A DNA stretch of 64,000 nt, from contig NW_005201183.1 of the NCBI RefSeq assembly GCF_000372725.1, positions 237,089-301,088 on the forward strand, given 5' to 3'. Positions 24,760 through 33,687 of this stretch are shown in pieces; the stretch's first letter is position 1; the number at the start of each line of letters is the position of its first letter. The translations under genes and the position numbers were made by a program. The stretch comes from Emiliania huxleyi CCMP1516 (Eukaryota). Under the pieces are notes generated by a model, which searched no databases, was not told the origin of the DNA, and worked only from the letters and a program-made list of their open reading frames with translations.

Positions 24760-26250
24760 TCAAGAAGCAGAAGGCGCCGCGTGCCGCAGGCGAGACGGCC
24801 TGCGGCAGTTGGAGTCGCTGGAGGTGTAGGGTGGTATGGAGGGCGGCGCAAAGGGCTGTGTGGAGGGCGGGGTGGAGGGCGGAATGGAGGGCGGCGTTGC
24901 TGGCAGCGTAGAGGGCGGCGGCAGCGGCGGCGGTGGGGCTGGCGGCGGCGTGGAGGGCGGAGGAATGGGGGGCGGCGGTGAGGGCGGCGGCGGGGCTGGT
25001 GGCGGGGCTGGAGGTGGCGGCGCGGGAGGCGGCGGCGCGGGAGGCGGCGGCGCTGGTGGCGGCGTGGAGGGCGGAGGAATGGGGGGCGGCGGTGAGGGCG
25101 GCGGCGGGGCTGGTGGCGGGGCTGGAGGTGGCGGCGCGGGAGGCGGCGGCGTGGGAGGCGGCGGCGCTGGTGGCGTGGAAGGCGGCATGGAGGGTGGTAT
25201 GGAGGGCGGCGCAAAGGGCTGTGTGGAGGGCGGGGTGGAGGGCGGAATGGAGGGCGGCGTTGCTGGCAGCGTAGAGGGCGGCGGCAGCGTCGGCGGTGGG
25301 GCTGGCGGCGGCGTGGAGGGCGGAGGAATGGGGGGCGGCGGTGAGGGCGGCGGCGGGGCTGGTGGCGGGGCTGGAGGTGGCGGCGCGGGAGGCGGCGGCG
25401 CGGGAGGCGGCGGCGCTGGTGGCGGCGTGGAGGGCGGAGGAATGGGGGGCGGCGGTGAGGGCGGCGGCGGGGCTGGTGGCGGGGCTGGAGGCGGCGGTGC
25501 CGGAGGCGGCGGCGTGGGCGGCGGCGGCGCTGGTGGCGTGGAAGGCGGCATGGAGGGTGGTATGGAGGGCGGCGCAAAGGGCTGTGTGGAGGGCGGGGTG
25601 GAGGGCGGGATGGAGGGTGGCGTTGTCGGCAGCGTAGAGGGCGGCGGCAGCGGCGGCGGTGGGGCTGGCGGCGGCGTGGAGGGCGGAGGAATGGGGGGCG
25701 GCGGTGAGGGCGGCGGCGGGGCTGGTGGCGGGGCTGGAGGTGGCGGTGCCGGAGGCGGCGGCGTGGGCGGCAGCGAGGGCGGCGGCGGTGGCGGCGGGCC
25801 ATTAGCGTATAAGACTCCCGGTTCGTCGGGAGCAGCGGAAGGTGGCGCGGTGGGGCCAAGTGCGACGGGAGAAGGTGGGGGAGGCGCTGACGACGACTCT
25901 TCTGCTTGAAGCGCACGGCCAGCCTCGGAGGTGGGTGTGACCTTACACTCGCTTGCGGTCCCGTTGTAGAAGACACAGCTCGTGATGTTGATGAAAACGG
26001 CGCAGTAATCTCGGGCAATCTCGGCGCAGCAATCTTCGTTGTTTTCCGTGACCAGCACAACCGACGCCTCGAATCCGACGTCTCCCTGAGAGAAGCCCGG
26101 GAATGCTTGATAGGCGCCGCACGCAGGCGGCGGCGTCAGCGGTGGAGGCGGCGGCGTGGGAGGCGGCGGCGCTGGTGGCGGCGGCGACGGGCAAGCATCC
26201 GCGGCCCGCGGGGTTGTCCTTTCGCAGGGCGCGACCGTTTTACGTTCCAT
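24760..26250 (-). CDS. Pro-rich (extensin-like) surface protein with a small Cys domain; 5' end in the gap
   Basis: Cys module CGAY...DCCAE...YCAVF...SCVFY...EC followed by about 350 aa of Pro/Ser/Thr repeats. Confidence 0.65.
   Translation of the reverse strand: MERKTVAPCERTTPRAADACPSPPPPAPPPPTPPPPPLTPPPACGAYQAFPGFSQGDVGFEASVVLVTENNEDCCAEIARDYCAVFINITSCVFYNGTASECKVTPTSEAGRALQAEESSSAPPPPSPVALGPTAPPSAAPDEPGVLYANGPPPPPPPSLPPTPPPPAPPPPAPPPAPPPPSPPPPIPPPSTPPPAPPPPLPPPSTLPTTPPSIPPSTPPSTQPFAPPSIPPSMPPSTPPAPPPPTPPPPAPPPPAPPPAPPPPSPPPPIPPPSTPPPAPPPPAPPPPAPPPPAPPPAPPPPSPPPPIPPPSTPPPAPPPTLPPPSTLPATPPSIPPSTPPSTQPFAPPSIPPSMPPSTPPAPPPPTPPPPAPPPPAPPPAPPPPSPPPPIPPPSTPPPAPPPPAPPPPAPPPPAPPPAPPPPSPPPPIPPPSTPPPAPPPPLPPPSTLPATPPSIPPSTPPSTQPFAPPSIPPYTSSDSNCRRPSRLRHAAPSAS
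24831..25770. repeat. 363-bp (121-codon) tandem unit, about 2.6 copies
   Basis: gtggtatggagggcggcgcaaagggctgtg recurs at 24831, 25194 and 25557. Confidence 0.9.
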
Positions 26251-26251
26251 C

Positions 26252-26351
26252 NNNNNNNNNNNNNNNNNNNNNNNNNNNNNNNNNNNNNNNNNNNNNNNNN
26301 NNNNNNNNNNNNNNNNNNNNNNNNNNNNNNNNNNNNNNNNNNNNNNNNNNN
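26252..26351. other. Assembly gap
   Basis: 100 N. Confidence 1.
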
Positions 26352-26688
26352 GCTGCCATGAAGGCCGAGGCCTTCGCTTGGCAGCGCGTCGTCGCTGTGT
26401 CCGCTGGAGACCGGCACAGCCTCGCCATCACTGCCGACGGCGCCCTCTGGAGCTGGGGCGGGGGAGCCTTTGGCTGCTTGGGCCACGGCAACGAGCAGAG
26501 CCAGCTGCTGCCGAAGAAGGTCGAGGCCCTGGCTGGCCGGCGCGTCGTCGCCTTGTCGGCTGAGCTCGACGCCGACGGCGCTGTCTTTACCTGGGGCGCT
26601 GGCGGACTCGGCCGCTACCTTAGGCCACGGAGAGGACCTGTCGAACCAGCTGCTTCCCAAGAAGGTCGAGGCGCCGTCGCGGGAGTGA
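26352..26688 (+). pseudogene. RCC1-repeat 3' fragment, near-identical to 29793-30125, with a 4-bp insertion
   Basis: VAVSAGDRHSLAITADGALWSWGGG..GCLGHG. An extra acct near 26617 shifts the frame. Confidence 0.7.
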
Positions 26689-27900
26689 GAGGGGGCGAGG
26701 GGCGCGTGGCTGCGATAGGAGTACGACCGGCTCGGGAGAGGCCAAGTGTTCCGGATAGGGTGGAGGAGCCGGCTGGCCAAGCGAGCAAGCGTTAGTGCGC
26801 TCGCTCCCCACTCCCGTTACCCTGTGTCCCTGATCGTCCTTCCAAAATCCTGCTCGTGCAGGTGGGGACCTGTCCTCCTCCCACAACTCAGCCACATCCC
26901 TTCGTTTGTGGGTTCTCTGCACTCTTGAGCACTTCGTAGCCCGGTCGAACACTGCCCAAACAAATAAATTCCCCCTTTGAGCTGAGAGGTTTTGGGATTT
27001 CGCTCCGAGCGACGGTCCAACGAGAATCGTCAAAATCAGGCAACAAGAGACCGGTAGCGCCAGCATGTCGGTGCGTCTTTCTCATGCTCGCGCGCCCGCC
27101 GCGCCCGAACTATGCACGGGCCCGGCTCGCCCGCTTGGGGATCCACCCGGCACATCCCCGCCCCCCACCTGCCGGCTTGCCTGCCGTCAGTTCACGGGGG
27201 ATCGCCCTCAATTGTCAGCAACACAAATCCACCAGTTTTTGGGCTGCCTTCAGCCTCGCCTCACAGCCGACCTTCTGGTCGTACGCGGGTTCTTAAGGGT
27301 CGTACATGCCGGCCATGACGTCTGCCAACCGGCCGTTCGCAGGCGGTAGCTTCGCACGCCCCCGACAACTCCGAGAATGACCCGCGCGAGAAGTGCGCGT
27401 CGGCGGCGCACTTTTCCTCCCAGGCTGTGACTGCTGCCCTGGCCACCCTGGCCTCCCTCGAGGGGTCGCCAGGACCCGCCGCGGCCCTGGCGCGGCCCAC
27501 GGGCGGCTTGATGCTCATCGACGCCTTCACCCTCGTCGGCCTGGCCGGAAAATACGCCAGCCGCTCGGGTGCCGCCCGCCTCCTAGAGGCCGAACCACCA
27601 GTGCTGTGAGTATTGACGCCCTCCCTGCACCTCAGGCGCGTCCCTCGCCCTCGCCGCCGCCGCCGCCGAGCCCGCCGCCGCCCTCGCCGCCGCCGCCCTC
27701 GCCGCCGCCACCGTCGCCGCCACCGCCGAGCCCGCGGCCGCCGTCGCCCCCTCTGCCGGCGCCTTCTCCGCCCTCGCCACCCCCACTGTCGCTTTGCCCC
27801 CACCAAGCCCACCACCACCGTCGCCGCCGCCGCCCAGTCCGCCTCCGCGTCACCGCTGCCTCCCTCGCCGCCGGCCCAAAGGCCGCAAGGCCGCTGCCGC

Positions 27901-28079
27901 NNNNNNNNNNNNNNNNNNNNNNNNNNNNNNNNNNNNNNNNNNNNNNNNNNNNNNNNNNNNNNNNNNNNNNNNNNNNNNNNNNNNNNNNNNNNNNNNNNNN
28001 NNNNNNNNNNNNNNNNNNNNNNNNNNNNNNNNNNNNNNNNNNNNNNNNNNNNNNNNNNNNNNNNNNNNNNNNNNNNNNN
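27901..28079. other. Assembly gap
   Basis: Run of N. Confidence 1.
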
Positions 28080-28439
28080 TCTCATCCAGGAGCCAGACGC
28101 GCTCGTGGTGTGCCCGGCCTCAACCGGCAGCTCGCCCATTTTTTTCATTCCTCCGTAGCTCCGTTGAGCGAGAAAAGAAAACACACGTGTAGAGGGGGGG
28201 CAGCGAGAGCCGCGGGGCCGGGGGGCGAGGGAGCGAGTCCTAGTGCGTAGTGGGTGTTCTCAAGCGCGCCAGAGCTTGGCACCCTTCACACATCACGAAG
28301 CAGGAACCCGTCCTGCGCAAGACACAGATCGCTTCTCTCGCCGCGTACCGCCACCCACCCCCGACCCCGCTGCCGCAGAAACGCACGCGACGCACACCCC
28401 CGCAAGCAGCAGAGCTGCGGCAGCTGCGGCCGGCTGTGG

Positions 28440-29127
28440 CTAGACATACCTCACCAGCATCAGCGTCTCGCTCGTCCGCAGCAGCGCCGCCTACAGGAGA
28501 GGGACACTGGCGGTGGGACTCCCGCCCCGCCCCTCTGCGGCACCCCTCGCGGTCGTGCCTCGATCATCGCCGAGCGGCGGGTGGGCGGCGGGGGCGAGGA
28601 GGTTGGCTGCTCGCCCGCTTTGCTCTGCTCCGCCTCGAGCATCGTCGCGAGGCGGGCGTGCGTCTGCAGAAGCTGCGCCTCGAGCGCGCGGTAGGCGCGC
28701 GGCAGGTCGACGTACCACAGGTAGCAGGTGGTGCGCGGGTTGTGATCCACCGACCGTGGCACCTACCAGTGAGCATCTCGCCCTCAACGGACACAAACTC
28801 GTCATGCTCACGCGGTCTGTCTGGCCGACCGGCGGCGCCTCTTGCAGCGACGCGAAGCCCGCGCTCATCAGCGTCCACAACAGCGGCCGCGCCTCCTTCT
28901 CCGGCATGAGGCCGAGCTCCGCGAGCTGCTTCAGCTCGAGCCTACGCGGCACACGCAAGCACAACTCCGCTGGTTGGCGCTCGATCGGCGAAGCCAACCC
29001 GTCGCCCTCTGCGGCACGCCGGTACACGCGCGGCACGCCGTCTTCTATCTTCTAGGAAGGTTCTAGGAAGGTTCTAGGAAAGTTCACCGGTAGACGCGCG
29101 GGACGCCGTCTTCTATCTTCGGGCAGC
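28440..29127 (-). CDS. POLR3C: RNA polymerase III subunit RPC3 (Rpc82/POLR3C), C-terminal exons
   Basis: PRVYR...RLELKQLAELGLMPEKEARPLLWTLMSAGFASLQE|VPRSVDHNPRTTCYLWYVD resembles the RPC3 C-terminal winged-helix region. Intron 28763-28838. Confidence 0.75.
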
Positions 29128-29227
29128 NNNNNNNNNNNNNNNNNNNNNNNNNNNNNNNNNNNNNNNNNNNNNNNNNNNNNNNNNNNNNNNNNNNNNNNNN
29201 NNNNNNNNNNNNNNNNNNNNNNNNNNN
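29128..29227. other. Assembly gap
   Basis: 100 N. Confidence 1.
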
Positions 29228-29577
29228 CAAACACGCCCCCCGGGCCGTCCCCGAGCGGGCGGCGCCGATGGCCGCCGCGCCGGCCGCCCCGCGGGCCACG
29301 GCACTGGCGAGGTCCTCCATCGGCATGGCCGTGCCGGCGGGTGCCCCTCCGGGGGGTGCCCCCGCTCCTGGTCGCCTCGAGCGGGTTGGCCGGCTGCGCC
29401 AGCGGCGCAATCTTGGGGGACTTGTAGTACATCCCGAACTCGTCGGCGACGAGGGAGTGCTCCTCGGGCTCGTCCGCGATGGTGCCCCCGGGGCAGCCGA
29501 GTGGAGCGTGAAGCAGCTGCAGCAGCTCCGCGACTCGGGCGCGTGCTCCTACCTCATGGCGCTGCGGGCTCGGCGGG

Positions 29578-30125
29578 GCGGCAGTGGAGGCTTCGGCGGG
29601 TTGGGCCACGGCGACCGGCAGGACAAGCTGCTGCCCATGAAGGTCGAGGCCTTTGCTGGCCAGCGCGTCGTCGCTGTGTCGGCTGGAGATGACTACAGCC
29701 TCGCCCTCACAGCCGACGGCGCTATCTGGAGCTGGGGCTTTGGAGACTTTGGCCTTGGCCAGCTGGGCCACGGCGACAATCAGAACCAGCTGCTGCACAT
29801 GAAGGCCGAGGCCTTCGCTTGGCAGCGCGTCGTCGCTGTGTCGGCTGGAGACCGGCACAGCCTCGCCATCACTGCCGACGGCGCCCTCTGGAGCTGGGGC
29901 GGGGGAGCCTTTGGCTGCTTGGGCCACGGCAACGAGCAGAGCCAGCTGCTGCCGAAGAAGGTCGAGGCCCTGGCTGGCCGGCGCGTCGTCGCCTTGTCGG
30001 CTGAGCTCGACGCCGACGGCGCTGTCTTTACCTGGGGCGCTGGCGGACTCGGCCGCTTAGGCCACGGAGAGGACCTGTCGAACCAGCTGCTTCCCAAGAA
30101 GGTCGAGGCGCCGTCGCGGGAGTGA
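29578..30125 (+). pseudogene. RCC1-repeat gene fragment, 5'-truncated
   Basis: About three repeats of LGHG..Q..LLP.KVEA.AGQRVVAVSAG..SLALTADGA.WSWG. Begins mid-repeat; ends LSNQLLPKKVEA, like 56495-57922. Confidence 0.75.
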
Positions 30126-30598
30126 GAGGGGGCGAGGGGCGCGTGGCTGCGATAGGAGTACGACCGGCTCGGGAGAGGCCAAGTGTTCCGGATAGGGTGG
30201 AGGAGCCGGCTGGCCAAGCGTTAGTGCGCTCGCTCCCCACTCCCGTTACCCTGTGTCCCTGATCGTCCTTCCAAAATCCTGCTCGTGCAGGTGGGGACCT
30301 GTCCTCCTCCCACAACTCGGCCACATCCCTTCGTTTGTGGGTTCTCTGCACTCTGGAGCACTTGGAGACGAGCTCTGCCTCTGCGTGTGACTTTGCGTGT
30401 GTGTTTTCTTGATTCTCTCTCTTTCTTTCAGAGTGCCACACACGCACGGGCCGCCTCACTCTCCCCCCCTCCCCCCCCTCAGACGGTCTGCAGTACACGC
30501 GGAACCCCTGTGACTCTGTACAACCGGGGTCGCCTCCCCCCCCAGCCCCCGCTGTGCCTGCCGCGCGCCCGCGCGCGCGCAGCGTGCGCGACGCGGTC

Positions 30599-31225
30599 TC
30601 ACTTCTTCTTCTTCGAGCTCCCCTTCTTGGCATCGCCCCCGGCGTCGCCCGCCGCCTGTTCCGCCGGCGCCGCCGCGGCCTCTGGCTCTTCGAACGCCTT
30701 TTTCAGCCCGTCGAAGGGCGTCGGCGGAGGCTTCCACGGCCGGGCGAGCGCGCCCTCCGCAGGTTGGCCAAAGAGGTGGACCTGGCTTAGGCTGTGGCTG
30801 AGGAGCATGAGCGGGCCGCTGACGCCCTGGATCACGAGCGGGATGGTGTACTCCCACTTGTAGTGCATCAACGGGATCAGCACCATGCTCGCAGCCGACT
30901 GCGTAAGCATCTTTTTCCACTCGCGCATGTCATGCTCGGGCAGCGTGATCTCCTCCGTGCGCTTGGGCTTCATCGGTTCCTCGATGGTGACCTTGACCTT
31001 GGTCTTGGGGTCCACCGGCATCGCGCTGATCTTGAGGTACAGCGCGCCAAAGCAGCAGACCGTCAGCACCATCCCGGCGCCATAGAAGAGCCGCAGGTAC
31101 AGCAGACCGGGCGTGCCAGGGCCCACATCAACATCCAAGTACTTCCACCCCATCATCACCACCATCAGGACAATCTGGCTTTTGGGCGGCGTCGGCATCT
31201 CGGGCGCTGCATCCTCTCCGGCCAT
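30599..31225 (-). CDS. PHO88: Pho88/SND3-family ER membrane protein
   Basis: LRLFYG, ITLPEHDMRE, MHYKWEYTIPLVIQ, VHLFGQPAEGALARPWK, C-terminal KKKK. Confidence 0.85.
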   Translation of the reverse strand: MAGEDAAPEMPTPPKSQIVLMVVMMGWKYLDVDVGPGTPGLLYLRLFYGAGMVLTVCCFGALYLKISAMPVDPKTKVKVTIEEPMKPKRTEEITLPEHDMREWKKMLTQSAASMVLIPLMHYKWEYTIPLVIQGVSGPLMLLSHSLSQVHLFGQPAEGALARPWKPPPTPFDGLKKAFEEPEAAAAPAEQAAGDAGGDAKKGSSKKKK

Positions 31226-31336
31226 CGCCGCACGCCAAAGGCAGCTCGGGTGCGCGCGGGCAGGGGCGCGCGCTACCCGGTACAAGTGTTTGGCAAAGAA
31301 AAACCCGGATTCCGCCGGCGTCGAGGACGGGGAAGA

Positions 31337-31371
31337 CCCTTGCGTTGTCTGTTTTCTTTCTTTCTTTCTTT
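31337..31371 (+). mobile_element. 35-bp non-LTR retro-insertion with (TTTC)n tail and 13-bp TSD
   Basis: AGGACGGGGAAGA at 31324-31336 and 31372-31384. The insert matches the tail at 32788-32820. Confidence 0.8.
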
Positions 31372-31384
31372 AGGACGGGGAAGA

Positions 31385-32820
31385 TGACTCCGAGGAGGAC
31401 GAATCAGTGGAAATCCAGTTGTCAGATGTCACGATGCATCCGAAGGGGACCACCCCCAGCGCCGGCATCATCCGTAGAGGCACGAGTGTTCGAAGAGAGA
31501 GTGGACCTGAGCAACGACATGACTTGGAGGCAAATGATCGGAGTGGGAGTCAGAAATGTGGTCCTTGCGCGAGGGGAGCTCGATAGACTCGAGGGGCCAG
31601 GATCTGAGGGAGGGTGTAGAGGATGTAGAGTGTAGAGCGCTGTAGAGCTGTAGAGATGTAGAGCGCTCTGGAGCGCTGTAGAGCTGTAGAGCTCTACATC
31701 CGCCGCGTGACGAGGCGCCTGCGTTGTAGAGCGATGTAGAGCGCGATTTTGTTGTAGAGTTTGTTGTAGAGGCTCTACAGCCAAACCGCCGGGAAGGCAG
31801 TGACTCAAAGAGGTCGAGCCGCGCTAATGGGGTTTTACCGAGCTTAGTGAAGCTCTGATGGACAGCCCTGACTATCCCTGACACACAGAGAGTCCCTCTG
31901 ACGGCACACAACACCCTATAACTGCGTCATGACCAGCCTGCCATGTGTCGCCGGTGCCGCATTCGTCGCTGTGCTTCTTTAGCAGGCGGTGGACTGTCGG
32001 CTGCGAGGACGGTCGCATTTGCGCGAGGCGAGGCGAGCATTCAGACGCCTTATCTGCGCCATGACTCGCGCCAGCGCGTGCGGGAGCTCCTGGCTGAGCG
32101 TTGAGTCCAGGCGAGTTGCGCTGGCCACGATCGCTACGCCGAGCCGAGCTGACGCGCCGAGGCGCCGGCCAGTCGCAGCCGTGAGGCATGCCACAGCAGC
32201 AGAGGCATCTGCCACCCATTGGGCGGGCAGACAGAAGGCCAGGGCAGCACTGGCAAGTGCAACGCGCCTCATGTCGGAGAGCGACCGTGCCTCGTTCGCC
32301 GCTTATGATGTAGAGTTTGTTGTAGAGATTTCACGTTGTAGAGCGCCTCTACATCGCTCTACAACGCAGGCGCCTCGTCACGCGGCGGATGTAGAGCTCT
32401 ACAGCTCTACAGCGCTCTACATCTCTACAGCTCTACAGTGCTCTACACTCTACATCCTCTACACCCTCCCTCAGGCCAGGATACGCCGCGAGGAGGACGG
32501 AGTTGCGCCGAAAGGCGAAAGAAGCCGCGAGAACAAGGGACCGGCAGGCGGCGGCGTCGCAGGACGAGGCAGAAGAGAACGACGCGACAGAGGAGGAAAT
32601 GACAAGGGAGAGAACGACGAGAGTGGGACGACCGCGAGGTGGCATGAAGGTTGCAGCGAGAAGCGGCGAGAGACTGCGAAGAGAGATAGGAAGAGGCAGA
32701 CTCCCTAGGGTGGGCGACGGCTAGCGCATCACACACCTCTCCTTAAAATCCCTCTGTGTGGTGGCGGCGTGCCGTCCTCCCATCCCTCCCTTGGGTTGTC
32801 CGTTTTCTTTCTTTCTTTTT
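31385..32820 (+). mobile_element. 3' portion of a probable non-LTR element (ORF end, 3'UTR, TTTC tail), interrupted by a TIR element
   Basis: Removing 31604-32482 joins ...RLEGPG to YAARRTELRRK...PRVGDG* in frame. Ends cccttgggttgtccgttttctttctttc. Confidence 0.55.
31604..32474. mobile_element. 871-bp non-autonomous TIR element with 8-bp TSD (hAT-like) and TGTAGAG sub-terminal arrays
   Basis: Ends CTGAGGGAGGGTGTAGAGG...CCTCTACACCCTCCCTCAG with about 135-bp inverted arms. GCCAGGAT at 31596-31603 and 32475-32482. Confidence 0.9.
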
Positions 32821-33687
32821 CTACTCTCAGCGTCCCGCGACAACAAATCATGTTGAGCATGCTGCGTACATCGAGAGTGTTCTGACGCGAAGAACAAAAA
32901 AGAAGAATTGTTAAAATACAAGCCTCTCACAGAAAAAGAATGCAGTCCATCAAAGTACAAAGAAAAGAGAAGGTGCCACAGCCTCTTCAACAATCAAGTG
33001 TTATTCCGCCATTGCCATGCTCGTCTGGGGGGGGGGGGGGGGTTCCTGGCTGCCACCTGCCTCGCAGTCTCGACCAAACCCATGCCAGAGTGCGCAGGGG
33101 CAGGCTCCGGCTCGAAGCCTGACGTCAGCGAGGGCGTGTGCACTATTGATGGCGGCTCGCTAGCTGAAGGCTGGTGGCCCAGCGCTGGCGGCTGAGGTGC
33201 GACTGGCACCGCGAGCACAACTGATGTACTGCGCCCGTTTCTCGCGCCAAAAAGGCCGAGGTCTGTGTGCAGATACTTCCGCGTCGGCACATCTGCAGCG
33301 ACGGGCTGAGGTGCCGTCCGCTCTTTCCTCTTACGCTTTGCACCTCGTTTCGTGCCAGCACCGCTCTTTCCTCCGAGAGATGTTGCCGCCTCGACGAGCA
33401 CTCGCTTGAGGCCCTTGTAGAGATCGTGGCCTGCAAGCCAGCCAAAGCGCTTGCCAGCCTCCGTCACCGCCTTGGAGAGAAACCGATCAAAATATTGTTG
33501 CAGCCTCGCCACGCCGCTCGTCTGACCACCTCGCCTGCCCAGAGAGCGCGACAGCTTCTTGTCGATGCCACCCATGGGGACCACAGTCGGCGCTTGCTGG
33601 GCCCCGCACGGACGTACGTTGCAGGCAATCACCCGTTCGTTCCGCGCCCGAAGGGGGAGGCGGCTCACACAAAACACACACACACAC

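Noticed and set aside
24836..25909. Gly-rich plus-strand ORF
   Set aside because: Antisense shadow of the Pro-rich minus-strand gene.
31604..32474. Short regular repeats (also 39020-39420 and 54776-54860) as a CRISPR array
   Set aside because: Units are 6-11 bp with no unique spacers, the context is eukaryotic and there are no cas genes.
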